Assembly: GCA_951406725.2 (NCBI GenBank)
Contig: OX597829.1
Location: 27,838,001-27,902,000 of the forward strand
Direction of reading: 5' to 3'
DNA length: 64,000 nt
Source of the DNA: Octopus vulgaris
Taxonomy: Eukaryota
The notes beneath the pieces are model-generated. The model saw nothing but the letters and a program-made list of their open reading frames with translations, did no database searches and had not been told where the DNA came from. The translations under genes and the position numbers were made by a program. Positions within the stretch are counted from its first letter, which is position 1; each line of letters opens with the position of its first letter. This document shows, one piece after another, positions 52,209 to 64,000 of the stretch.

Positions 52209-53083
52209 ATATATATCTATATATATCATTCATACATATATATTTATTTACTATAACTAATTTGTTAGGATACAGGAAGATAGCAAGTTGGCAGAATCAT
52301 TTGCATGCCAGGCAAAATGCTTAGCGACATTTTGTCCATCCTTATGTTTTGAGTTCAAATTCAACCTACACCAACTTAACCTTTCATTCTTTTGGGGTCA
52401 GTAAAATCAGTACCAGTTGAGTCCTGGGATCAATGTAATTGACTTACCCATTAACCCCAAAGTTGCTGAGCTAGTGCCAACATCTGAAACTGATGTTAGG
52501 ATACAGGATTTCTATGTTGTACTCTTTCCTTTTCTCCTTTTTCTCTTTCTCTGACTTAAACAGGAAATATTAGAAAGTGGTAACAAAAAAAGAAAGAAAA
52601 AAAACAGTCACACACATATATTGCTTCTAACCCCCCCCCCCCCCGCCTCACTCATACATCCTGCAGCCCACTCCCTTGGCGCATTGTCATAATTTAAGGT
52701 CATCCTGAACTTAAAGCAATCCAAACCCCAATAGAACTTTCCCAAAACAATAAAAGAGTGATGACATGTTTGCTATTACATGTAAATCATATTTTATTTT
52801 TTCTTATTATCTGTAGCTCTCTTTATAGTATCAGTGCCTCCCTATTTCTACTGCTGTGATATGTGTTGGATAGGAGTAAAAATTCAGAGCTCCTCTGTAT
52901 TTATAAGAATATAGAAATGACGCCATTTAGAAACTTAGTGGAGTTGGACATGAAAATGATAGTTGTTTTAAACATCATTTAAAAAAGATTTGTTTAATGC
53001 ATAAGTTATTCGCTCATTTATTCACTTACTTGCAAATAGAGAAAGTAAAAAATTGTCTTGGTTTTAAAATCCACTCGCCATTA

Positions 53084-53293
53084 ACCCATTTGTTACCAAC
53101 CCGGCTGAAACTGGCTGGCTCTGAGTACAAATGTCTTGTTTTCATAATTTTTGAATTAAAATCTTCCACCAAACCCTGGTCATAATTTATGCTCCTAACA
53201 CTAGCTTAATGACAACTAAGTTATTTTACTAAATTCTTCGTTATATTTAAAGAAATACAGAGCATCTCAGAATAAATATAGTAACAAAAGGGT
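53084..53293. mobile_element. piggyBac-type MITE, second family
   Basis: TTAA-CCCATTTGTTAC...GTAACAAAAGGG-TTA; relatives lie at ~38040-38280 and ~40800-41000. Confidence 0.65.
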
Positions 53294-53801
53294 TATGATC
53301 TTTGATAAAATTTCCAAACACACAAACACTGATATACACAAGCATACAATTGTTTATATTTTCCATGTTCAAATGTAGCATCATTATCATTGTCCATATT
53401 TCTACAATTGTGTGTGTTAGAGTTTATTGAGGCAGATTTTCTGTGGCCAGATTGAATGAATGCCCTTTCTGCTGCTAACCCACTTGTATCCACGCAAAGT
53501 AATATTTACTCAGGGCCTGACACATTCATGCAGAGTATTAGAAAAGAATGATGCTGCCTGTATGACAGTAACTCTCAGTTATAGCTAAGATGTGATGTCA
53601 AGACAGGGAGACAAGCATACACTTGTTCTCACATATATACATATATACACAACTGACTTCTTTCACTTTCTTATTTCTTTACTGCCCACAAGAGGCTACA
53701 CAGAGGGGACAAACGAGGACAGACAAACGGATTAAGTCGATTACATCGACCCCGGTGCGTAATTGGTACTTATTTAATCAACCCCGAAAGTATGAAAGCA
53801 A

Positions 53802-54650
53802 AGCCTCCATGTACGCCATGGAAGCCCCCAGCATGTTGTCCAACGTGACCATTGAAGTCATCAGCCACAAAGAGGTCTCTGTCATTCGTCAACGAGGTAG
53901 TCTGCAGTAGAGTGTCATAGAATCGGTCTTTCTGTCCATCGGGTAGACCTGACTTAGGAGCATAGGCCGATATAATGGTTGCTAAACTATGATAAAGCAC
54001 TAATCTAATCTTAAGTATTCTGTCACATACTCTGATTACCTCAATTACTTTATCTACCCATTTCTCAGCGATAAGTATACCCACGCCACCAACCCCGTCA
54101 GTGTTCCCTGCCCAGAAAATCTTGTACCTGCGTTCCTTGCCTATGAGGAACCTAGCAGATCCTCCTCTCCACCTTACTTCTTGCATGCAACATATATCCA
54201 CACATCTCCGTTCAAGCGTCTCGACTATCTCGCCAGACCTACCTTTCAGTGTGCCAACGTTGAGGGTGTGGGAGGTATGGGCCCTAGAGGCCTGGGACGG
54301 CGGACAGTAGCTTCATGTACCTGAAAAGAAAGCTCACATTTGGCAGAATTCTTGTGCAAGTAATACAGTAGCCTTCAGTACAACCTGCATAACACTAACC
54401 TTTCATATTTTGCACTGTATGAACATTACCTTACATAGGTCGAGACTAGGGGTAGGGATGGTGAAAGAGCATTTGCAGTCTTCATGGGAAGCAACCCCGG
54501 GATGGCAAAGAATAGGAACTTCCTGCATGTGTGGAGGGGGTGGGAGGGCGGGTGCACCATAAACTAGGAAGAGGTTCTGTTAATCGTGTGAGCAAGAAAG
54601 TAGGTTTGAAAAATCTGAGAAAATGAGATTTTTAGGGGAAAGATAAGTGG
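53802..54650 (-). mobile_element. 5' part of an RTE/BovB LINE (5' UTR plus AP-endonuclease domain), truncated by a SINE
   Basis: LNVGTLKGRSGEIVETLERRCVDICCMQEVRW..GVGILIAEKW..SAYAP..DDFNGHVG; the SINE tail is fused at 53670-53801. Confidence 0.9.
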
Positions 54651-54678
54651 CTATGAACCGATATATAAATATGTGTAT

Positions 54679-54736
54679 ATTCCACTGATGAGGCAAAGCA
54701 TTTCTTATGCAGAGCCAGAAATCTGAGATCTGGAAT
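54679..54736 (+). ncRNA. Minimal type I hammerhead ribozyme with an intact core
   Basis: Stem I ATTCCA/TGGAAT; CTGATGA at 54685-54691; stem II GGC..GCAT/ATGC..GCC; A-GAAA; stem III TC-TGA-GA; ATC cleavage triplet ending at 54730. Confidence 0.7.
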
Positions 54737-56857
54737 TATCCAGTAATTTTTTGCTAGTTTATTTTGTCTTTTTGTCTTCTCTCTTGGTGCTGTATGAACA
54801 TTTAATGTCGTTTTAGAGTCAAGTTTTGGCTGCTATTTCCAGCATGATACCCTAAATTATAATTTTAATAATAATTATTACTTTGAAAGTTTTTATTCTC
54901 AAGCTGGCCACTTGATAAGATGATATTTAAATAATGATATTATCCTTATTTTTATATATATAAAACACTAAGTGAGGGCGCATGGTTTAGTGGTTAGGGT
55001 GTTGCACTCACAGTCACTAGGTCATAGTTTCAATTCCTAGAATGGGTGGTGCATTGTTTTCTTGAGCAAAAACATCTCATTCCATGTTGCTCTGCAATCA
55101 CTTTGGCACCTGATGTGTGGTATACTGTGCACCTGTTCAGATAACATCAATTTGATGGAGAGGGTGAGCTAATGTGTGGAATGAACATTTTGATCACTGT
55201 AAACAAATCATTTGTGCAGGTCATTTGACAAAAAGCCGAACACTCGTTGTCTCCAATGGGAAAGTCCCATCATATATAACACTCACACATGTGATATATG
55301 TGTGTGTATTTGTTTACATATATTCAAGACAGTTCATCACTTTTATTTTCTTTCATATAAGGTTGATGTTTATAATATTTATTATTTTTTTTGGTGGTAT
55401 GATGAAATGTATACTGTATTTGCTTGTGTCTTTGATGCATTACCATTATTACCATAATTCTTGTTGCTATACTTAATCTGTTGCATTTCTTATTATTAAT
55501 GACATTTTCAATTATTCATATAGATGCTCCATAAGCCATAATCTATTTCTAATGCAACTTTTGTCGTGACATTTGTAATTCTTTTGAACATTAAAATATT
55601 TTGGATGCATTTTACTACACTCTGAACAACAGACGATGGACATAAGTAAATTTGTCTGTAGATTTCAAAGCTTTTGTTGGTGGTTCTTTCCATCATCGAA
55701 ATAGACTGTTGTTATTATCATCAACATTGCCATCGTTATCATAATCCCATCGTCATTGTCATCATCATTGTCAATGTCTTTGCAATCATCATTTACTGAC
55801 ATATTCACTTATAGTAAATGTCAGATTTAAGATTTTGCAAATAATCTTTTAAGCCCTGACATTTTCTTCTCATCTGCTTATATGTGCCACACAAATATGT
55901 ACATATGAAAAAAAAAAAGAAAAAGAAAGGGAATTGCAAAAATGGTACAATATCAGAATGAATGCATTGCCATGTTTTGTATGATTTTCTGTGTTACTGT
56001 GTTCAAATCCTTCAAGTGTCTGCCTTGTATTTCATCACCACCACCAGCCACCCACCAAGAGTTTTTAAGTAAGTGCTATTTGCCCTTCATTCCATACTAT
56101 ATAATATCATGCTAAGCTAGGAGCAGCTGAATCATTAAAGCATGAGATGAAATGTCTTGCCATATTCAGTTGCATCATTCTAAGTACATCCATGTGATGT
56201 CAACACAAAGAAATAGTAACACACACACACATACTATAGGCTCCTTCCAAAGGCTTAGGTTGGTCTGAGGCTATAGTAGAAGACACTTTGCTCAAGGTGC
56301 CGTGTAGTAGGATTGAACCCGGAAACATGTTGTTGTGAAGCAAACTATTTACCACACAGTGATGCTTGCACCTATTATCACATTATTGAACCATCCCTCT
56401 TTCCTAAACATGATCATCATCTACCTAGTACCCCACAAAGCTGCAACAGCATTCAGCCTTGTCTATTATTGAGCATCTCTGCTATCAATTGTGCATCATC
56501 AGTGTAGCAAAAATTGGTCTGATACATGATGTTTGAACTATAAAGACATCACCATTGTGGTTTGTAGCCAGTCTCATCAAAGGCGGAATGGTTGCTTCAG
56601 TGTGGTCACACGCAGATTTGATATATATTGAGTTTGTGGTTTACAGAAAAATATGTTGTTACTCAGACAAGAGATCACAAACCACAAACCACCTGTGTGA
56701 ACATAACTAATTATGATTGCACAAACTATAGAACAGAATTTATTGACATAACCAGATTGATCTATGGTTACTGACTATAAAAATAAAACCACTAATGTGT
56801 CTGCAAAAATCTGGCTTGTCAAGACTTCAATTACGTATGCAGACAAAAAATTATACG

Positions 56858-56900
<43 letters not shown>

Positions 56901-57315
56901 CATCATCATCATTTAACACACCCGTTTCCCATACAGGTATGGGTTAGATGGTTTGTCAGGAGCTGACCAGCTCGAGAGCTGGCCAGTCTCCAATTGTTTG
57001 TTTTGACATGGTTTCTATGGCTGGATGCTCTTCCCAATGCCAACCACTTTACAGTGTGTGCTGGGTACTTGGTACATACCACTGGTGAAGGTGTGTTTTT
57101 GTAGCACTGGCACAAGTGCATTTTATGTGGCACCAGTACCTGCAAGACAAAGATCTCTCTGATTGGAAAGGGAGTGGAGGCATGGCCATAAAGGACACAC
57201 CTGTATGTATGGATGACTGTGATTTTATTTAGCTTGACATCTACAGCAAATCACCACAAGTCCTGATACTTTGTCATATCATCAGTGACTGACTAAAAGA
57301 AAAAGTAGTTATATA

Positions 57316-57515
57316 ATCACTTTCATTAGCTTACAGCTGTTTCTGCTTCAAAAAGCATTGCACACTCAGAGTCATTAAAATGAATTGTATGTTAATTTCA
57401 GAATGCACTTAATTTTAATGGCTTTGAGAAAGCTATGAGATGTTACACAAGGACTCAGCTCTTAGTGGGCATTTTTTCTTATAGCAGAAACAGCAGCAAT
57501 CTAATGAAGGTGATT
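57316..57515. repeat. Imperfect inverted repeat with a GAAACAGCTGTA hammerhead 3' half (Penelope-type remnant)
   Basis: AATCACTTTCATTAG.TTACAGCTGTTTCTGCT is mirrored by AGCAGAAACAGC.GCAA.CTAATGAAGGTGATT. Confidence 0.55.
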
Positions 57516-57970
57516 ACGTAACTCCATCTCTTTTGTCATGCCAACACTGGTTGCCAAGCTGATGTGTTGGTGGTGGTGGTGGATATAAACACAAAAAACA
57601 CATATGCATGAACACATACTCATATATGTGTGTACATACATAAACACAACAGGCTTTTGTCAGTTTCCATCTACCAAATTTGGAAGCAAATACACGCACT
57701 CACACACACACGTACATGCATATAAAGGTATGGTTTGCTGCAAGAAATTAGCTTCAAAGCCACATGGTTATTTATGGGTTAAGCCCTACTGCATGGACTT
57801 TTCAGCAAGTGTCTTCTACTTTAGCACTGGGCTGACTAAAGGTTTGTGAATGAATTTAAGAGATGGAAACAGAAAGTAAAAAAAAAAAAAAAACAGAGCC
57901 CAGTCTAGGAATTGAACTCACTACTTCATGATTGTGTGCCTGACATTCTAAACTCTAAGCCATGTGTGGA

Positions 57971-58014
<44 letters not shown>

Positions 58015-58150
58015 GTAAGGGCATCCAGCTGTAGAAACACTGCCAGATCAGACTGGGCCTGGTGCAGCCTTCTGGCTTCCCAGACCCCAGTTGAACCGTC
58101 CAACCCATGCCAGCATGGAAAGCAAACGTTAAACGATGATAATAATAATA

Positions 58151-58189
<39 letters not shown>

Positions 58190-58364
58190 TACATATATAT
58201 ACATAAGCATATATACATATATACACATATACGTATATATATATATATATATATACATTATATACACATATATACATATACACACATACATATATATATC
58301 CATATATACATACACATACATACATATATGTACATATCTACACACATTATACATATATACGTAT

Positions 58365-58445
<81 letters not shown>

Positions 58446-58717
58446 CACACACACATAGATATATCACGTACCCTTACCTAATATGTTGCAAATCCCTTAT
58501 TTTAGTTCGGAAGAAAGGTGGGGCGGGTGCACCACGGAAAAATCCGAGGGTTTTTTTTTTTGTTTCTTAGTGAAAATTATGCCTGCCTTACTCAAAAAAT
58601 TTACCATATTTTGAGCTGTGACATCGATTATCGTTAATTACTGAAAGAACGCTGGTTAGTTTATGTAAGGTTCCTCAAAGAACAGTAGGTAAAATTTTTT
58701 CTTAATATAAATAAAGG

Positions 58718-59146
58718 GGCAATCTTTCGTCTCTAGTAGACCTTTCCGTCGATTTCCGTAAAAATTTTTTTTTTTTTACATATGGGCTTGCGGGAACTTT
58801 TGAAGTAATGAGAGCGAAAGAGACTAAGAGAAAGCGATTGTATGACGAGGGAAGTTCTTTTGAAGTTACCGTGCATGGGAGCATTGATGGACATGTGTGT
58901 GTGTGTGTGTGTGTGTGTTTGATGGGGTGTGGGAGACAGAAAGTATGTTGTGTAGGTGAAGTGCTTCTGTTAGTGTGTGTGAAGAGACAGAGTAATGTGT
59001 GAAAGAAAGAGATAACTGAAATTTTTTACTCGGTGTATGTGTATATGTATGTATATTACTTCAAAAGTTCCCGCAAGCCCATATGTAAAAAAAAAATAAT
59101 TTTTTTTACGGAAATCGACGGAAAGGTCTAGAGACGAAAGATCGCC
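58718..59146 (-). mobile_element. Merlin-type MITE with a perfect 8 bp TSD
   Basis: TSD AATAAAGG at 58710-58717 and 59147-59154; inverted sister of 18575-18995. Confidence 0.9.
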
Positions 59147-59155
59147 AATAAAGGA

Positions 59156-59535
59156 TATGTATAAACTGCTAAATTGAGAAGTGCATTTATAATATACCTT
59201 TCAACTGCAGTTGTTTTATATTCAGGGAACATTAAAGCAATAATTATTTTCTATAATGAGTTTGTATGTGTATATGTTTATGTAGCTGTGTGTGTTTGTA
59301 ATAATTATTATACAACCACTAGATAACATTGACAAGTGTATTAATTTGAATTACCATCCATATTCTATGTGTGGTGTTACAAATAATTATTACAATCACA
59401 CACATCCACACAAACATACATATACAAACTCATTAGAGAAAATAATTACTGCCTGAGTGTATCAAGAAGATAAAACGACTGCAGTTGAAAAGTATATTAC
59501 AAAAAAAAAAAATACTCATTTTACAGTTCATACAT
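59156..59535. repeat. Foldback element with about 160 bp imperfect arms
   Basis: TAATATACCTTTCAACTGCAGTTGTTTTAT is mirrored by ATAAAACGACTGCAGTTGAAAAGTATATTA, with further mirrored blocks. Confidence 0.75.
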
Positions 59536-59557
59536 GTGCCAAACTTATATTAAGTAA

Positions 59558-59945
59558 CTAGCAGTATCGCCCGGCGTTGCTCGGGTTTGTTTCGACCCTT
59601 TAGAATTGGAATTTTTGAAAAGTAAAAATTTTGCATTATGTAGCTTGTTATTCTCTTTAAGTGAACATTTTTCTGGTTGAAATACACCGAAAAATGGCGA
59701 CACAGCTGTCAAAAAATCGTAGACAATAGGGATTTTCATAGAAAAAAAGCACCTTTTTGATGTAAATAATTTTTGGTCCTAACATGGTCCGATTTGAATT
59801 TTTTCTTCTACGGAATGAAGAGCAAGCCTTCTTCGATCATACTCTTAATTTTGGTCAACTTGCGTCGCAGGGTCTCGGAGGAGATAGTGTTAGTTGAAGG
59901 CTACCAAACCTGCCATACACAGACAACTTCAGTTTTATTATTATT
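59558..59945 (-). mobile_element. Non-autonomous Helitron
   Basis: 3' CTAG plus the hairpin CCCGGCGTTGCTCGGG. Confidence 0.7.
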
Positions 59946-60096
59946 ATTAAAATTTAAAAATTATTTATTTTGTGTTTTATTTACTTTGCTACGTAGTTGT
60001 TGTAGGATCGACTAGTCACGACTAGCCAGCGCGGATGCGCGAGTGCGCGCAGCGGGACCACTGTTCGCTAGTAATACCGTTATATATATATATATA

Positions 60097-60491
60097 CCAG
60101 CAGTATCGCCCGGCGTTGCTTGGGTTTGTAAGGGAAATAACTATATAAGCATTTTTAGAGAGTTATAGCCCAAAAATAGCAAAAAAATGCATTAAAAATG
60201 GAAAAAAAATGATGGTAAATTTTTTTAAAATCGTTGACTCATCGTAGACATTTTTAGAGAGTTACTTCCCTTATATAATAGCGAAAAAATGCATTAAAAT
60301 GGAAAAAATGATGGTAAATTTTTTTTTAAATCGTAGACTCATCGTAGACGCGCGCTAATACCCAGAAGGGCTCGATATGAATCACGACTATAAGATACCC
60401 GCTTTTGGTTAAACTGTACCGCAAAATGTGGGAGGAGTTAGGAATCTAAATCGTAGGAGACAGACACACAACTTGACTTTATATATAAAGA
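60097..60491 (-). mobile_element. Non-autonomous Helitron (family of 646-963), with an internal duplication
   Basis: 5' TC, 3' hairpin and a mutated CTAG end; the body is shared with 646-963. Confidence 0.75.
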
Positions 60492-60599
60492 TATAGAAAT
60501 TTATGTAGAGTTTGAAGACGGAGTTTTTACATCAACTAAGTCACGGACTGCTTTTTGTGGTTTTAAGTCGTATGAGTCGAGGTTGGTTTTAGTAATGGA

Positions 60600-60887
60600 G
60601 AGCGCAATTGAAAGGAAACGTCGCTTCGAAAAAGTTGGTATTTATTTGGTAGCTCCCTTTTTAGTTACGGCCAAGTTTTCTATGGCCTTAAGTCGTACAA
60701 GAAGGAAGGAAAACTTAGAAGTTCTTTTGAAAGAAACCAGCAGTCAACGGATGCTAGTTGCGGATAGATTTTTTCACAGAAAATTTGGTAATAAAAGAAT
60801 TATTAAACTAAAAACCTAGTTTTATACCTTAATTATATATAAAATACTACAATTAGCCGTCATTTTTGACAGTACGGGTTCAGATAG
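60600..60887 (+). mobile_element. Helitron 3' end with a PIF1-like helicase C-terminus
   Basis: FEKVGIYL..P...GQ...MALSRTRRKENLEVLL resembles PIF1 motif VI (FxxVGIYL..PVFSHGQLYVALSR). It is followed by the hairpin GCCGTCA/TGACAGT and a degenerate CTAG end. Confidence 0.75.
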
Positions 60888-61142
60888 CTATAATGAATGT
60901 ACCTGACTGTTGTCATTTCATTCAAACGGATCCAGATAGATTAAAGAGTTTAAAGCTACCAATCTCTGACAAAGAATTAATTTATTATTTAAAGACTTCC
61001 TATTACCTTAGTAAATTTCTTTTAATTGAGGATTAATTAAATAATAAATGACCTTCGTTTCAAATCCAAGATTATTGGAAATATCCGCGCTAGCGGTTAT
61101 AAACGAATGTAAGGTGATGCGTGCAGTCGGAGTGAATATTTG

Positions 61143-62680
61143 TTCATCTCATAAATAATGCGGTGTTTTTTTATACATCTTTTATTTTTCTAAATTAAGA
61201 TAAAGGTTCTTTTGTTTTTTTAAATCAAAAATATACTCTCCTTCATTTCTACAATGCTCTTCCATCTATCTGGTAGACCTGCAAGGCCCCTCTTCCAAAA
61301 TTTACTTGTCCATGACGAAAAATACTCCTCCAATACTGTTCTGACCTCATCTACAGAATTCATATTTTTCCTTTCGAAATGATTTTGAAGAATGCGGAAT
61401 AAATGATAACTAGATGGGGCAATGTCCGGCGAATATGGTGTGTGGGGCATCGTTTTCCATTCAAACTACTCCAGCCTTTGGAATGTCATCCTCACTGTAT
61501 GTGACCCAGCATTATCCTGATGGAAGAACACCTTTCATCTTGAAACCGAAGATGGTCGTTTTTCATCTAGCACTGACTTAAGCCGCTCAAGTTGCTTGTA
61601 GGAGATCTCTATTATTGTTTGGTTTGAGTTTAAAAGCTCAAAGTGGGTTAAATCTTTCATAGCCCACCAAACAGATAACAATACCTTAAGTGGGCGAAGA
61701 CCTTCTTTAGCCTGGGGTGTCGGTGTTTCTCCTTCCCCTATTCACTTTCTTCGGCGCTTGACATTTTTATAGAGAACCCATTTCTCGTTACCAGTTACTA
61801 TTCGGTCCAAAAAAGGTTCATTCGTGAGACGTGACAGCAAAGGAGAGCGATTAAGACGACGGATGTAAAGAATGTGGACCGCACCCACTTTCGTTATTTT
61901 ATTATTTTTTTTTTCAGTATCTCCCATTTTCGAGTAAGGAGATTCTGATTCTGCAAGAAAAAACAAAAACAAAAAAAACGGCATTTAAAATTTTTTGTTT
62001 CCCCTTACCCTACCCTAAATCCTTCAATTTTCACTTTCTTTAAATTTTTTTTTAGCGAAATACGTAGAAAAACACGGAGATTATAATTGTAAAAAAAATT
62101 CTGAAAAAAGTGAAAATTGAAGAATTTGGGGGTGAGGGAATTAAAATTTTAAAATACCATTTTTGCTGCAGAATCAGAATCTCCGTTCTCGAAAATGGGG
62201 GATTATGTCAACTAAAATAAAATAACGAAACATTCTTTACGTCCACCCGATTAGACATGAAAAGTTTGTGAGGAACCCACTGACCAAATTAGCTGACTTT
62301 TCCGATGGCACGCAGGTGTCGATGAATGGTTGAATAACCAAATCCAAGCTTCTCTACTAGTTCCTCAACAGCTACGATGGGGCTTTTGTTCCACTAGGTT
62401 TTGTAGGACGTCCTCGTCGAGCTCTACAGATCTTCGAGGACGAGGTTCATCTTCCAAGCTGTAGTTTCCAGCTCGGAATTTCTGGAACCACCGTTGACAC
62501 TGGCTTACGCTTATTGTCCGATGCCCATATACTGCATTAATATTCCTCACACTTTCCGTTGCGTCGTTGCCTTTATTGAACTCATAAAGCAAAATATGCC
62601 GAATATGCTCCTTTGTCACTTCCATTATAGCTTTGAAAAAAATAATTCTTAAAATCTAACTGCACTCTTCAAAACTTATT
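61143..62680 (-). mobile_element. Degenerate mariner (DD34D) element
   Basis: MEVTKEHIRHILLYEFNKG (HTH), WVPHKL, FLDRIVTGNEKW, HQDNA and PYSPDIAPSSYHLF are present. One TIR-like end lies at ~61143, and the element is interrupted by a MITE. Confidence 0.93.
61858..62247. mobile_element. MITE nested in the mariner, about 9 bp TSD
   Basis: TIRs G(A/G)(C/T)GGA(T/C)GTAAAGAATG; TSD CGATTA(A)GAC at 61848-61857 and 62248-62256. Confidence 0.8.
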
Positions 62681-62847
62681 GGTGGTGGCGTGCTTATTAG
62701 AATCGTTTGAGCGCCGGTTAAATGCGTCTCGGTAGTTTTCAATCTCATTATTGCGTTCAAACCACACCGATACCGACTTGCTGGGATCGATGGTAGCCAT
62801 AAAAATTGGCCCCGTTCCTAAATCAGAAACCATTATTATCATCTAAG

Positions 62848-63065
62848 TCGGCTTGCTGGCAGAATCGTTAGCACACCGAGTAAAAATGCTTAGCAGCATT
62901 TCGTCTGTCTTTAGTTCTTAACTCAAATTCCGTCGAGGTCGACTTTGCTTTTCATCCTTTCGGGGTCAATAAAATAAGAAACAGTTGTGTACGGAGATCG
63001 ATGTAATCGACTTACCCCCTCCCCTGAACTTGCTAGCTTTCTATCAAAATTCGAAATCACTGTTA
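62848..63065 (+). mobile_element. Meta-type SINE
   Basis: Family match with an (ATT)n tail. Confidence 0.75.
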
Positions 63066-63524
63066 TTATTATTACTATTATTATTATAATTAATTGTTGT
63101 TGATATTATTTATCTTAGCCCCAGCAATTAGTTACGATCCAAGAAGCCCACAGTCAGAAGCACTTCAGTTGTAGTCATATCATATTCTAGAGACGTTATA
63201 TCCAGGGCTATATTTTCCATTATTTAGGATGTAACTTTGATGTAGGTTTGACTGCTATTTCTAGCTAATCGAGCAACTCTATTGAGGCTCCTTTGTTGGC
63301 TACTTGGATCGAGTGGCCCAGAAAACACTGGTGCAGAAATCTTTTTTATATTCTACACCCCTTATTTTTTGGTTCCAGTCATAGGACAACAGCCATAGTG
63401 GAGCACCGCTATGAAAGATTTTAATCGAACAAATCGACACCAGTACTTTAAGAAAGAATCTGGGACTTGTATCAGTTACTTTGGCGCGAACTACTAAATT
63501 ACAACGCTGCCAAGTGGTGGTGGG

Positions 63525-63850
63525 GATGCGGCCATGCTGGAGCACCACCTTAGTCGAACAAATCGACCTCAGGACTTATTCTTTGTATGCCTAGTACTTA
63601 TTCTATCGGTGTCTTTTGCCGAACCGCTAATTTACAGGGATGTAAACATACTAATATCGGTTGTCGAGCGATGGTAGGGGGACATTCACAGACATATACG
63701 ATAGGCTTCTTTCGGTCTCCGTCTACCAAATGCACTCACAAAACTTTGGTCGGCCCAAGGCTATAGTAGAAGACGCTTGCCCAAGGTGCCACGCAGTGGG
63801 ACTGAACCCGGAACCATGTGGTTGGTAAGTAAGCTACTTACCACACAGAC
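63525..63850 (-). mobile_element. CORE-type SINE
   Basis: Family match. Confidence 0.85.
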
Positions 63851-64000
63851 ACTATATATATATATATATGTGTGTGTGTGAGTATGAGTGACATTCTTTC
63901 GGTATACCCCTCAGCAAATTCATTCAGAAGGCATTAGTCGGCCCCGAATTCTTGCAGTGGGACTGAACCGGAAACCACATGCTTCAAACAGCCATACCTT

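Overview
AT-rich, microsatellite-laden eukaryotic genomic DNA, most likely a coleoid cephalopod (Octopus-type). That assignment is inferred from the tRNA/CORE-type and Meta-type SINE families, not proven. Most of the window is transposon debris. There are three abundant SINE families and LINE relics (CR1, RTE/BovB, an RTE 3' end with three C2H2 zinc fingers, Dong/R4, Tx1-like). DNA transposon relics include a Merlin/IS1595-type transposase with several GG...CC MITE families carrying 8-9 bp TSDs, plus mariner, hAT, pogo-type and piggyBac-type MITEs, and Helitrons. Penelope-type remnants carry minimal hammerhead ribozymes, one with an intact core (54679-54736). No complete host gene is readable. 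One convincing 144-codon coding block (51472-51906, minus) has a Myb/SANT-like-family-type C-terminal coiled coil. It lies inside a ~25 kb CpG-depleted domain (~33.3-58.4 kb) that also holds a consensus AG|GTAAGT candidate recursive splice site (42511/42512). Most ORFs in the supplied track are microsatellite or SINE artefacts.
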